Of a DNA stretch of 64,000 nucleotides, positions 9,350-19,503 are shown piece by piece. Under the pieces are notes generated by a model. That model worked only from the letters and a program-made list of their open reading frames with translations. It did not search any database and had not been told where the DNA came from. The stretch comes from an uncultured Verrucomicrobiae bacterium (GTDB lineage: Bacteria; Verrucomicrobiota; Verrucomicrobiia; Chthoniobacterales; JAFAMB01), in assembly GCA_963813025.1 (NCBI GenBank), contig CAWEXO010000008.1, positions 32,001 through 96,000 on the forward strand, read 5' to 3'. A program made the position numbers and the translations under genes. Numbering within the stretch: the first letter of the stretch is position 1; every line of letters begins with the position of its first letter.

Positions 9350-10624
9350 ATGAATTCCAGCATCCGCACAGGTCCGCAACTAGCAAGGCTTGCTTCAGCA
9401 GAGAAAAGAAGTTCGTCGATTCTTTCCATGGGCATCATCGTCGCCGCATTGGGTTACTTTGTCGATATCTATGACCTGGTTCTCTTTAGCGTTGTGCGAG
9501 TTTCCAGCCTCCGATCGATCGGGACGAGCGGACAGGCTCTAGTCGATCAAGGAGCCCTGCTTTTAAACGTGCAGATGTTTGGCATGCTTTTGGGCGGAGT
9601 CGCCTGGGGAATCCTTGGCGACAAACGAGGACGATTATCAATCCTGTTCGGGTCGATTATTCTTTATTCTCTCGCCAATTTTGCAAATGCGTTCGCGAAC
9701 TCGCTAACGGAGTTTCTGATCTTGCGATTCATCGCGGGGGTCGGACTAGCTGGTGAACTGGGTGCGGGAATCACGCTGGTGGCAGAGCGCCTAGCGACCT
9801 CGCGGCGGGGCCAGGGGGCTGCGATCGTCGCTGGATTCGGTGTGCTCGGAGCGGTGGCCGCAAATCTTGTCGCCGAACAGTTGGATTGGCGGTCCGCCTA
9901 TTTCGTAGGTGGCGCGATGGGCCTGGGCGTGCTGGTATTCCGTTACCGATCGCTCGAGTCGGGGCTTTTCCAAAGCCTGAAGTCCCGTCAACCAGCGATT
10001 AGCCGCGGTAAGTTCGTCAGCTTGTTCACGCGGCGAGAACGATTTGTTCGCTATATCAGCTGTATTCTCGTCGGATTGCCGCTCTGGTATGTGGTTGGCA
10101 TTCTGGTTACGTTTTCGCCGGAGTTTGGTAAGCTGCTGGGAATTCGGGGAGAGATCAGCGCCGGGCGGGCGGTGATGTTTAGTTACCTTGGATTCGCCGC
10201 CGGCGATTTCTTGAGCGGATTCGTTAGCCAGGCATTGGGGACGCGCAAGAAGGTAATATTTGGTTTCATTGCTGCGCTTGCGGTCACTGTCGCGCTTTAC
10301 TTTAGCCTCCATGGAGCTACCGAGGTGGTCTTTTATGGTGTCTGCTTCCTACTCGGTGTGACTGGCGGCTATTGGGCGGTGCTGCTCATGATGTCCGCTG
10401 AACAATTCGGAACAAATCTCCGGGCGACGGTTGCAACTACCGTTCCAAATTTTATCCGCGGGGCTCTGATACCGCTAACGATTTTCTTTCAAATGTGCAA
10501 ACCCGTGCTCGGAATGGTCGGAAGTGCTGCATTGACTGGCTTCGTCACATTGGTTATCGCCGTCGCGGCGCTAAGTCAGCTGGACGAAACATGCAATCGA
10601 TCGCTGGACTTCCTGGAGGACTGA
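9350..10624 (+). CDS. MFS transporter
   Basis: ALGYFVDIYDL, GILGDKRGR, RFIAGVGLAGELG and EQFGTNLRAT. Confidence 0.9.
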   Translation: MNSSIRTGPQLARLASAEKRSSSILSMGIIVAALGYFVDIYDLVLFSVVRVSSLRSIGTSGQALVDQGALLLNVQMFGMLLGGVAWGILGDKRGRLSILFGSIILYSLANFANAFANSLTEFLILRFIAGVGLAGELGAGITLVAERLATSRRGQGAAIVAGFGVLGAVAANLVAEQLDWRSAYFVGGAMGLGVLVFRYRSLESGLFQSLKSRQPAISRGKFVSLFTRRERFVRYISCILVGLPLWYVVGILVTFSPEFGKLLGIRGEISAGRAVMFSYLGFAAGDFLSGFVSQALGTRKKVIFGFIAALAVTVALYFSLHGATEVVFYGVCFLLGVTGGYWAVLLMMSAEQFGTNLRATVATTVPNFIRGALIPLTIFFQMCKPVLGMVGSAALTGFVTLVIAVAALSQLDETCNRSLDFLED

Positions 10625-10827
10625 CGGCTGCCGCGGTCATCTATCCTCCCGATCATCGAAAGACAACAGGACAGTTGCCGAAAGAAAAACCTTCAATCGA
10701 CCACATTTGGCTCGACAGTATTGGTGAGCCTCAGATCCGGGCCTGATCCAGCTTGGGTTTCGCTGCCAAAACCAGGGCGGCACTTTATTCCGTCGGGAAC
10801 TGGATCGATCGGTGACATGTCAAGAGG

Positions 10828-10993
10828 CTGTCTCGCAACGTGGCGTCGGGCCTGCTCCGGTAGGGCGAAAATTATCCGAGCCTTAGCGAGGACTCGTTTG
10901 AGCCGGAATAGGGTGTGCTACACCTCCTAGACGGCTCAAACAAGTTCTCGCTGGCGCTCGAATGAGTTTTCGCCTTGCCAGCACAGAGCCCAA
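10828..10993 (+). repeat. REP/REPIN-like repeat family A (GTAGGGCGAAAATT...AATTTTCGCCCTAC), intact copy
   Basis: Nested inverted repeats; similar sequence at 42968-43290, 44962-45230 and 50687-50856 plus 52180-52213. Confidence 0.85.
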
Positions 10994-11061
10994 GTGAAGA
11001 TCGCGTAACGCGTTAAATATACTTTAAAAGGTTACTAACACTCAACCGAAATCCGTCGTCG

Positions 11062-11360
11062 ATGAAGAACACATCTATCTCCTTCAAAACAGCCCTAGTT
11101 GGCGGCTTCAAAATTTTCTATCGCGAAGCCGGCGATCCGCAGGCAGCGGCCGTCCTCCTGCTGCATGGCTTTCCCACTTCAAGCCATATGTTCCGCAACT
11201 TGATCCCGCAACTGGGAGACGATTATCATGTCATTGCCCCGGACCTACCTGGTTTTGGGTTTTCCGATGCACCGGATCATAAGACCTTTGAGTACACCTT
11301 CGATCATCTGGCTGAGATCATTGGAGACTTCGTCGAGCAGATCGGTCTGAAATACCCGCA
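11062..11360 (+). pseudogene. Alpha/beta hydrolase N-terminal fragment
   Basis: [25 protein letters not shown] and APDLPGFG. Truncated before the nucleophile and runs into the antisense kinase remnant. Confidence 0.8.
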
Positions 11361-11914
11361 TCAAGTCGGAGTCCCGAGATCATCCCGCGCAAATTTGGGT
11401 TGGCGCGCGGTGACCGGTTGCCGTGGAAATCGGGCTAAACGTGGAGATCGCCGGTGAGCAATGCCCGGTCGGCCAGACCGCGCGCTTCCCGCAGCTGGGT
11501 CAGACGTCGGTTCAGCAAATCGAAAATGGTCAACCGATCGGCATCCGCCTCTTTCTTGGCTGCGGGAAACGCCGCATGATTGAAGATTACGTGATCGATC
11601 CAGGCACCTACGGCGGATTGGCCTCCTTCGGTCAACCAGAGTTCGGGGACCATGGCCGAGAAGTAGGGCCCCCAACATTCGGGAATGAATCTGGACTCGC
11701 TCGAGACGCCCATATGACAGGACGAGGTGCCAGCGATGATCGCCAGACGGTGGTTCAGTAGCTCGGCGTCCAATGCCTCTCCTTCCTGAACCGCTCCAAC
11801 CACTCCCAGCCCGCCGGCGTGGGCATCGCGACGAGGAATTTGCCTTGGGTGGTGCTTGGCATGGTTTAGGAAAATGCCACAAATGCACACAAGCCTGGCA
11901 TTCTTCTGTGTCAC
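11360..11914 (-). pseudogene. FGGY pentulose (ribulo)kinase remnant
   Basis: DAHAGGLG, IAGTSSCHM, WGPYFSAM, TEGGQSA and [11 protein letters not shown] start overlaps the dehydrogenase stop; large internal and C-terminal losses. Confidence 0.8.
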
Positions 11915-13005
11915 GGCTCCAAGGTAACTTTCACCGAGGTTAACCCAGAGATAACCATATTAATACCTTTCTGGTAATCCGCCAGAGGCAGCCGGTGGGT
12001 AACGATTTCATCCATCGGCAACAAACCTTGTTGAATCATTCGGATAGCGACCGGGTAACAATGCGGTCCCAAGTGAGAACCATGGACGTTCAATTCCTTG
12101 GTGTCGCCGATGATGGTCCAATCGACTGTTACCTTTTCTCGCATCACGCTGAATTCGACAAAGGTGCCAAGTTTCCGAATCATGAGAAGCCCCTGCTCCA
12201 CGGCGGGCGGCGCGCCGGTTGCCTCGATGTAAACGTCGCAGCCGTAGCCGCCGGTCAGATCACGCAGTTTCTGCACAGCGTCTTCCTTTTTTGGGTTGAT
12301 GCCGATATCGGCCCCGGTGCGTTTAGCAACCGCGAGCCGATCATCACTCAAATCGAGCGCGACTATTCGCTCTGGCCCCTTCAGCTTGGCGCCCGCGATC
12401 ATTCCGAGGCCGAGCGGCCCGCAGCCAGCGATCACGACAGTGTCCTGGTATTTGATATCGCCCCGTTCCACCGCGTGAAGCGAGCAGGCAAGCGGCTCGA
12501 CGAATACTGCGTGGTGCCAAGGCACCGTTTCCGGAACCTTGTAGTTCAGAGCACCCTCCGGGAAAACCATGTAGTCGGCCCATGCGCCGAATGTCTTTTG
12601 TCGAAAACCGTAAATGTCATGTGGCTGGCACATCCAGTAAGCGCCCATTTTGCAGTAGCGGCACTGCCAGCAGGGAACAATCTGCTCGCTGACGGCATGA
12701 TCCCCGATTTTCAACCCGTACTTTTCCCCCGTTCCTTCGCCGAGCGCGACGACTTCACCGACGAACTCGTGTCCCGGGGTAATCGGGGCCTGACAATAGC
12801 CGGCGCGATGCTCATCTCCCCAGAAGAGCGGCGCTCCGGTGTAGCATTTGATATCGCTGGCACAGATGCCAGTACTCTTCACCTTGATAACTACTTCACC
12901 GGGACCGGCTTTCGGCACGTTACGTTCTTCCATCCGGTAATCCTCCGGACCGTGGCACATGACGGTCGCCATTGTTTTTGGCAATTTTTCAGCTACTGCA
13001 CTCAT
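11911..13005 (-). CDS. Zn-dependent polyol dehydrogenase (erythritol/L-threitol dehydrogenase EltD-like)
   Basis: GICASDIKCY..FWG, GHE, CWQCRYC structural Zn site, GCGPLG and VDWTIIGDTKEL. Confidence 0.85.
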   Translation of the reverse strand: MSAVAEKLPKTMATVMCHGPEDYRMEERNVPKAGPGEVVIKVKSTGICASDIKCYTGAPLFWGDEHRAGYCQAPITPGHEFVGEVVALGEGTGEKYGLKIGDHAVSEQIVPCWQCRYCKMGAYWMCQPHDIYGFRQKTFGAWADYMVFPEGALNYKVPETVPWHHAVFVEPLACSLHAVERGDIKYQDTVVIAGCGPLGLGMIAGAKLKGPERIVALDLSDDRLAVAKRTGADIGINPKKEDAVQKLRDLTGGYGCDVYIEATGAPPAVEQGLLMIRKLGTFVEFSVMREKVTVDWTIIGDTKELNVHGSHLGPHCYPVAIRMIQQGLLPMDEIVTHRLPLADYQKGINMVISGLTSVKVTLEP

Positions 13006-13110
13006 TGATTATTTCTCCTGGATAATTTTGGTGGGCGCTAATCTCACGGGCATTACTGATCAGAGGAAAGTTCTGGCCTGTCATGAAGACCGTGAGGAAA
13101 ACGAGTTTGG

Positions 13111-14214
13111 TTAGTTTTTAACCGGGGTTACCGGAATAGAATTTTCTTTTTCGTCAAACAAATAAAGGTGGGCCGCGGGTAGATGAAATTGCAATCGATG
13201 GTTCCTCTCCGGGAGGATATGCCCGCTGGCCTTGACTACCAGGAGCGAGTTATCTCCCATGGAGGAATGAATGCAGGTCTCGCCCCCCAGATTCTCCACG
13301 ATGCTCACTACCGCCGGTACGGGCAGAGCGTCCGGCCGGGGCTCAAGCAGAATGTGTTCGGGCCGGATGCCGACGGTCAGGTTTTTTCCGTCGAGACCGT
13401 TCTTCAGAGCAATCGGTAGGTTCACCCGGCCGAGAGCCGGCGAGGTACAGCGTAGTCCGGTGGCCGATGCCTGTTCGACGATGACCGGCAAAAAATTCAT
13501 CTGGGGAGATCCAATGAAGCCGGCCACAAACTTGTTGGCCGGCCGATCGTAGAGCTCCATCGGAGAGCCGATCTGCTCGATGCGGCCATCGTGCAAGATG
13601 ACGATCCGGTCAGCCATCGTCATCGCTTCGACTTGGTCGTGGGTAACGTAGATCACGGTATTGCGGGTCTCGTAATGGAGATTGAGGAGTTCCACGCGCA
13701 TTCGGACTCGGAGCTTGGCGTCGAGATTCGACAACGGCTCGTCAAAGAGAAAGAGCTTCGGTTGCTTGACGATGGAGCGGCCAATCGCTACGCGCTGGCG
13801 TTGTCCCCCAGAAAGTTGTTTCGGCTTCCGATCAAGCAACTCGCCGAGATGGAGAAGGTCAGCGGCTTTCTGCACCCGTTTCTGAATATCGGCTTTCGAC
13901 AGGTTCTGCAGCCGCAATCCGAAAGCGATGTTCTCGAAGACGTTCAGATGCGGAAACAAAGCATAGCTCTGAAAAACCATCGCGACGTTGCGTTTGGACG
14001 GATGGATATGCGTGATATCCCGCCCATCCAGTTCAATCGTGCCACTGCTAACGGACTCCAGGCCCGCAATCGAACGCAACAATGTAGATTTGCCGCACCC
14101 GGAGGGGCCAACGAACACCACAAACTCCTCTTTTTCGACCGAAAAGTTGATGTCCTTCAATGCGTGAAAGCTCTCATAATGCTTCTGCAGATCCGCTAAA
14201 GTCAGATAGGACAT
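13111..14214 (-). CDS. Sugar ABC transporter ATP-binding protein (MalK/UgpC family)
   Basis: GPSGCGKS, LSGGQRQR, DEPLSNLD and TOBE-like C-terminus. Confidence 0.95.
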   Translation of the reverse strand: MSYLTLADLQKHYESFHALKDINFSVEKEEFVVFVGPSGCGKSTLLRSIAGLESVSSGTIELDGRDITHIHPSKRNVAMVFQSYALFPHLNVFENIAFGLRLQNLSKADIQKRVQKAADLLHLGELLDRKPKQLSGGQRQRVAIGRSIVKQPKLFLFDEPLSNLDAKLRVRMRVELLNLHYETRNTVIYVTHDQVEAMTMADRIVILHDGRIEQIGSPMELYDRPANKFVAGFIGSPQMNFLPVIVEQASATGLRCTSPALGRVNLPIALKNGLDGKNLTVGIRPEHILLEPRPDALPVPAVVSIVENLGGETCIHSSMGDNSLLVVKASGHILPERNHRLQFHLPAAHLYLFDEKENSIPVTPVKN

Positions 14215-14320
14215 GGTTTGGGGGATTTTTGTTATGCGTTGATTAAACGGGCGATCGAAATCGCTAGACCGCTTAGCGCATAGACAGACTAGGATGAATT
14301 TACCACGTTTTCCAAAGAAA

Positions 14321-14335
14321 TTGAAACGTTTTCAC
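14321..14335. promoter_or_regulatory. Imperfect LacI-type operator TTGAAACGTTTTCAC
   Basis: Shares TTGAAACGTTT with the 2487 palindrome; ~105 bp upstream of the ABC ATPase. Confidence 0.5.
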
Positions 14336-14379
14336 AGCCGGCATCACTTATCCGACCAAGGCTGGATGAGCGAGGCCCG

Positions 14380-16551
14380 CTAGTGTATTTCAACTATTTC
14401 GACTTCACCTTCGCGTCGCTCAACCCCGACGCTGATCACTTCTCCGCGCCGCACAAGCTCCAGGTCCACGGTCGCTCCGGCCACATCCAGATTTCTCAGG
14501 CGCACGCGCTCGATGGAGAGTGGCAACTGCGGATAATGCAGATAAACCCGCGACTCGGCCGCCGAGATCGACAAACCAAGGCAGGCTTGCAGAATCAGAA
14601 AAACCGACCCCGCCGCCCAAGCCTGCGGCGAGCAGGCCACCGGGTAAAGCGTGGGCGCTTCTTTGGGCCGCCTGGCGAATCCGCAGAACAACTCAGGCAA
14701 TCGATGCAGCTCGATCGCGATCGATGCATCAAATAAACCAGTCAAAATCCGGCAAGCCAGATGCTTGTCGGCTCGGCGCCTCAGGCCGTAAGCGATCAGC
14801 GAATTGTCGTGCGGCCAAACCGACCCGTTGTGGTACGACATCGGATTGTAGCGTGGCTGTCCGCTCGCGATCGTTCGAATCCCCCAGCCACTAAAGAACT
14901 CCTCTTTGCCATACTCCTCAATCATCCTGGTCGCGCATCCTTCGTCAACGATGCCGCTGAACAGGCACTGGCCGGCATTGGAACTCCGTACGCGGCACTG
15001 TTGCTTCTGCCCATCGAGGGCCAGAGCATAAAGGCCTAGCTCCTCACACCAAAAGCTCTCGGCAAATCGCGCCTTGAGTTGCTCAGCTTGCGTTTCCAAA
15101 TCCGCCGCTAGTTCGGTTTTGCCGAAGGCACGTGCAAGTACGGCCAGTCCGCGCTTGGCGGCGTATACATAGCCCTGCACTTCGCAAAGCGCGATTGGCC
15201 CTTCCGCCAGCTGCCCATCGGCGGAGAACACCGAATCCTGAGAATCCTTCCACCCCTGTTGCGTCAGACCGGTTTTAGAATGCGTCCCGTACTCGACGAA
15301 CCCGTCTCCATCAAGATCGCCGTATTTATTAATCCAACGGAGTGCTTGCTCCAAATTGGGCCAGAGCGTCTCGATGAGCTCGCGATTGCCCGTTCTCGCG
15401 AAGTAAGCAGACGCCAAGATCACAAAGAGAGGCGTGGAGTCAATGCTGCCGTAGTATTGGCTGAAAGGGATCTCGTCGAGATTCGCCATTTCCCCTCGAC
15501 GGATCTCGTGCACGATTTTTCCAGGCTCCGCGTCGCGTTGTGGATCAAACGACGTGGCCTGAGTCGCCGCCAGGAAACAAAGCACCCCCTGAGCGAGTGC
15601 AGGGTTGAACCAGAGATCCTGCAGAGCGGTAATTATACCATCCCGGCCAAAGGGAGTGCTGAACCATGGTACCCCGGCGTACGGATACAAGCCGTATTCG
15701 GTGCTTGCGGTGAGCATCCGCAGGTCCGCCCGGGACCGATTGAGCCAATCATTAAACTGTTCATTCGAGGAATCGATCTGACATCCGTCTCCGGATCTCT
15801 GTTCCAACGATCCCTCCATCGCTTTGCGCGCCGCTTTGTAGCTCGGATGGGTCGGCGGTTCGCCAGGAGTGCAAATAATCGAAACGAAAATTTCTGATGC
15901 TTGATTGGATCCGAGCTTTAGGGGAATACGCAAAGTTTTCGGCGTAACCTCCGGATCGACTCCAAGGATGCGGATAGACGTCTTCCTCACCAATCCGTCC
16001 AACCCTTCATAGCCCAGCTCGAGTGACTTGGGGCCGATCCGGGGATCCAATGTTTTGCCCCGGGCGCTTCGCTCAAACCCACGCACTTCAAAAATATCGG
16101 CAAAATCGGAAATGCAATGGAGGACAAGGCTCAATTCAACCAACTCCATGCCATAGTTCCGGATCTGCATACGCTCAAAGCAGGTATTTCCACTCAGAAA
16201 TTTGGATCGAAAAATGTGGATCGTGCCGCGCAGAATCTCTTGCCTGCCCAGGCGGAAATCGGGGTTTGTGATGTCGACACCAAGAACCGCATTATCATCG
16301 CGCAAACTCGAACTCAGAAGAATCGGTTGAACACCCTCCATGCTCAGGGCGAAGCCGGAGAGATGACGCGTGCCTCGGTGAAACAAACCAAACTCGCCCA
16401 ACCCGAGCGGCTGAAAATCGCCGAGCCGGTCGAAAACGGCAAAGGTTTCCCCATCTACCAGAACCCGGCGCCGGTCATCCGCGAGAGCGGAGCGGGCACG
16501 AACGTAAAATTGATCTTCGACTTTGATGACATCCTGGGCGCGCGTTCTCAT
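14380..16551 (-). CDS. Amylo-alpha-1,6-glucosidase / glycogen debranching enzyme family
   Basis: AGVPWFSTPFGRD, GWKDS, YHNGSVWPHD, LPELFCG and PQAW. Confidence 0.92.
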   Translation of the reverse strand: MRTRAQDVIKVEDQFYVRARSALADDRRRVLVDGETFAVFDRLGDFQPLGLGEFGLFHRGTRHLSGFALSMEGVQPILLSSSLRDDNAVLGVDITNPDFRLGRQEILRGTIHIFRSKFLSGNTCFERMQIRNYGMELVELSLVLHCISDFADIFEVRGFERSARGKTLDPRIGPKSLELGYEGLDGLVRKTSIRILGVDPEVTPKTLRIPLKLGSNQASEIFVSIICTPGEPPTHPSYKAARKAMEGSLEQRSGDGCQIDSSNEQFNDWLNRSRADLRMLTASTEYGLYPYAGVPWFSTPFGRDGIITALQDLWFNPALAQGVLCFLAATQATSFDPQRDAEPGKIVHEIRRGEMANLDEIPFSQYYGSIDSTPLFVILASAYFARTGNRELIETLWPNLEQALRWINKYGDLDGDGFVEYGTHSKTGLTQQGWKDSQDSVFSADGQLAEGPIALCEVQGYVYAAKRGLAVLARAFGKTELAADLETQAEQLKARFAESFWCEELGLYALALDGQKQQCRVRSSNAGQCLFSGIVDEGCATRMIEEYGKEEFFSGWGIRTIASGQPRYNPMSYHNGSVWPHDNSLIAYGLRRRADKHLACRILTGLFDASIAIELHRLPELFCGFARRPKEAPTLYPVACSPQAWAAGSVFLILQACLGLSISAAESRVYLHYPQLPLSIERVRLRNLDVAGATVDLELVRRGEVISVGVERREGEVEIVEIH

Positions 16552-16617
16552 GAGGTGATTCCTTTGAGAGCTAAAGAATAATCACTAATCAGTTTTTCCC
16601 GGCGTGTCGATCGGGAA

Positions 16618-16652
16618 GAGTGCCCGAGTCCCGAGTGCGGGGGCCCGAGTCC
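16618..16652 (+). repeat. Heptamer array (GAGTCCC)n, left flank of the four-helix-bundle gene
   Basis: gagtgcccgagtcccgagtgcgggggcccgagtcc. Confidence 0.75.
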
Positions 16653-16730
16653 AGGGTTGCGATGGTCAGACGCCAAGTTACCGCAATATAGTAACTTAAT
16701 CGTATTGGGTTATTATACTGAAATACCAAT

Positions 16731-17171
16731 ATGGCGGATATGGCAACCATTAACGAGTTTTCAGATTTCGAGGCCTTCAAAAAGTCGAGGCTTTTTGTGA
16801 TGCAGGTTGGGACACTTGTCCGCAAGACTCGGATTACAACAGATTTGGATGCTGTCCGTCAAATCAGGCGAGCGTCGATCTCCGTTTTGTCCAATTTTGC
16901 TGAAGGTTTCGAGCGAGACGGCCGCGCAGAGTTTCTTCAGTATCTATCGTATGCAAAAGGTTCCATCGGGGAAATCCGGGCGCAATTAATCTACTGCTTA
17001 GATCAGGGATACATGAATGAAGCAGCCTATCTCTCGGTAGAAGAGCTCGGTAAAGAAGCCGGCCGCCTGATCGGCGGTCTAATGAGACATATTAACAGCT
17101 CTCCCGGCAAAGGACGCAAGTTCGCCGTTTACAAACCGCGAACTCCAGAAACTCCGTCTCGGCGCTCATGA
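16731..17171 (+). CDS. Four-helix-bundle protein (23S rRNA IVP / Avd-like family)
   Basis: QIRRASISVLSNFAEGFER...EFLQYLSYAKGSIGE...DQGY signature. Confidence 0.92.
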   Translation: MADMATINEFSDFEAFKKSRLFVMQVGTLVRKTRITTDLDAVRQIRRASISVLSNFAEGFERDGRAEFLQYLSYAKGSIGEIRAQLIYCLDQGYMNEAAYLSVEELGKEAGRLIGGLMRHINSSPGKGRKFAVYKPRTPETPSRRS

Positions 17172-17220
17172 CGATATCTCGAATCCGAAAACAGTCTGTT
17201 TCGGGATCAAGGATCTTCAC

Positions 17221-17312
17221 CTCGCCACGCGGGATTCGTCACTTGGGGCTTTGCTCGGCACCCGGGATCCGCTACTCGGGACTGTGACTCGGGACTCGGG
17301 ACTCGGGAGTCC
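17221..17312 (-). repeat. Heptamer array (GGGACTC)n, inverted relative to the 16618 array
   Basis: ctactcgggactgtgactcgggactcgggactcgggagtccc. Confidence 0.8.
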
Positions 17313-17319
17313 CTCCCCG

Positions 17320-18378
17320 TCACGCCGCGACTCCCTCCATCCCGGCGGCCGCCTCGCAGATCAATTGGCCATACACCTCAACGTAATCGGACGCCATCCG
17401 CGTCGCGGTGAAACGTTCCTCAAAAACCCGGCGACAACCCGCTCGATCGATCGTCTCGAGACGGCCGACCGCCGCAACGGCTTGCTCGATGTCCGACACC
17501 ACGAAACCTGTTTGACCGGGATTGATCAATTCCGGAACGGATCCGAAGGGGTAGGCGACTACCGGCGTCCCGCAAGCCATTGCCTCAATGAGGACGAGCC
17601 CAAATGGCTCAGGCCAGCCAATCGGAAACAGCAGGGCGGCCGCGTTACCCAGGAATTCCTCCTTCTCACTATCACCGATCTCACCCAGAAACTCGACGAT
17701 CGGGTCATCCAATAGATGCTTAATTTCTGTCTCAAAATACTTTTGATCCGCTGCGTCCACCTTCGCCGCGATTTTGATTTTGCGGCCCGACTTTTTGGCG
17801 ATTTCAATCGCGCGATCCACCCGTTTTTCGGGGCAGATTCGACCGAGAAAGGCGAGATACTCGCCCGGATTCCGATGGAAAGAATAGAGATCGACCGGCA
17901 GCCCGTGATAAACGGTAGCCACCCAATTGGCGCCAGGCAGGGGGGCACGTTGCGCATTGGAGATAGAAACCAGCTTCATGTCCCAAAACTCGGAGAACAG
18001 AGGTTTCAGATCGATTGTATCTAGTCTGCCGTGTTCGGTTGTAACGGCCGGTCGAGCAAGGCGGCGCAACTCCGGGAACTGCAAGTAATCAGTGTGAAAA
18101 TGAAGGACGTCAAATTCCGTGGCTTGCTGCACCACTAGTTCAAGCATCCGGACGTGATGAGCGATCGGATCGACCACCCGGTCTCCCTGAAAACGGAGCG
18201 CTTTTTCGCAAATGGGAACGAGCGTCGCTGCCGTCCGCGAGTCCCCAGTGGCAAACAAGGAGACCTGGTGCCCCTGTCTGACCAATTCCTCCGTTAAGAA
18301 TGAAACCACCCGCTCCGTTCCGCCATAACACGTGGGCGGAACACTCTCGTACAAAGGCGCAACCTGAGCAATTCTCAT
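17320..18378 (-). CDS. Glycosyltransferase family 4 protein
   Basis: MRIAQVAPLYESVPP..YGGTERVV and EPFGLVLIEAMACGTPV. Confidence 0.95.
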   Translation of the reverse strand: MRIAQVAPLYESVPPTCYGGTERVVSFLTEELVRQGHQVSLFATGDSRTAATLVPICEKALRFQGDRVVDPIAHHVRMLELVVQQATEFDVLHFHTDYLQFPELRRLARPAVTTEHGRLDTIDLKPLFSEFWDMKLVSISNAQRAPLPGANWVATVYHGLPVDLYSFHRNPGEYLAFLGRICPEKRVDRAIEIAKKSGRKIKIAAKVDAADQKYFETEIKHLLDDPIVEFLGEIGDSEKEEFLGNAAALLFPIGWPEPFGLVLIEAMACGTPVVAYPFGSVPELINPGQTGFVVSDIEQAVAAVGRLETIDRAGCRRVFEERFTATRMASDYVEVYGQLICEAAAGMEGVAA

Positions 18379-18420
18379 AAACAACACCTTCTATTCGCGT
18401 CCCGCGAGCTAAAAGAGTGC

Positions 18421-18480
18421 CTGAGTCCCCGACTGGCGAGTCCCGGCTCCCGAGTCCCGAGTACCGAGTCCCGGGACCCG
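18421..18480 (+). repeat. Heptamer array (GAGTCCC)n
   Basis: gagtcccc...gagtcccggctcccgagtcccgagtaccgagtccc. Confidence 0.8.
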
Positions 18481-19467
18481 CTAGTCGCTCCGCTGCCTGG
18501 CCCGCTGCCGCAAGAGCAACCTCGATTGGAAAACAACAACGACCATGAGGAAAAGTCCCCGAATCACGGATTGCCAGTAGGCTGACAGGCTGATCCAGCC
18601 CAAGCCATTTTCAAAGTTGAGAATATTGAAAATCAAACCGAGCAATAGCACGCCGGCCAAAGTGGATGAGACCGAGCCGACTCCGCCAGTGAGGAGCGTG
18701 CCTCCGACCACGACCGAAGCAATCGCAAACAACTCCCAGCCGACACCTTCCGTCGGCTGACCCGCGCCAAACTGAGCGGCCAAAATTACGCCAGCCACCC
18801 CAGCCAGGGTTCCACTGATCACGTAGAGGGAGAATTTTATCCGGTCTACCGGCAGGCCCATCAGTCGTGCGGCTTCCTCATTGCCGCCGATGGCCAGAAC
18901 ATAGCGGCCGCTGGCTGTTCCGTTCAGACAAATTAAACCCAGCAAGTAAGCCAAACCCGCGATCCAGGCCGGAATGGGAAAGCCGAGAAAATCACCCTGC
19001 CCAAAACTCGTGAAATCCGTATCGTAAGAAACGGAAACCGACTCATTATGGGCCAACAGCAGGGCGAGGCCTTGCGCCGCCAGCATCGCCGCCAACGAAG
19101 AGATGAATGGCGCGATGTGAAGCCGGGTGATTGCCAGACCGTTCAGCATTCCAATAAAACCGCCGACCGCGATACCGCCGAGGAGCGCCGGCCACAGCCC
19201 GAACGGACTCAGCAAAGCGGAAACAACGCTGCCGAGCGCGGCCGTCGTTCCAACCGAGAGATCGATTCCGCCGCTCATAATGACAAAGCACATGCCGAGC
19301 GACACTAGCGCGAACATGGAGTTGTACCGGAGCACGGTGAGGACGTTGAATGCGCCAAGAAAATTCTGGTAACGAAGCGCACCGAAGACAATGAGCAGGA
19401 TGAGAGCCACCAGCACAGTGTTCTGGCTGATCAGACGGACCACTCTGCTCGACTCACGCGCTTTCAT
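18481..19467 (-). CDS. Sugar ABC transporter permease (YjfF-like)
   Basis: GGIDLSVG, AIGGNEEAARLMG and AIASVVVGGT. Confidence 0.92.
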   Translation of the reverse strand: MKARESSRVVRLISQNTVLVALILLIVFGALRYQNFLGAFNVLTVLRYNSMFALVSLGMCFVIMSGGIDLSVGTTAALGSVVSALLSPFGLWPALLGGIAVGGFIGMLNGLAITRLHIAPFISSLAAMLAAQGLALLLAHNESVSVSYDTDFTSFGQGDFLGFPIPAWIAGLAYLLGLICLNGTASGRYVLAIGGNEEAARLMGLPVDRIKFSLYVISGTLAGVAGVILAAQFGAGQPTEGVGWELFAIASVVVGGTLLTGGVGSVSSTLAGVLLLGLIFNILNFENGLGWISLSAYWQSVIRGLFLMVVVVFQSRLLLRQRARQRSD

Positions 19468-19503
19468 TCTCTCCAGATTTTCGACCTGCCAAAAAACGGT
19501 GTC

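Noticed and set aside
16731..17171. Diversity-generating retroelement suggested by the Avd-like protein
   Set aside because: No reverse transcriptase and no TR/VR pair in the window.
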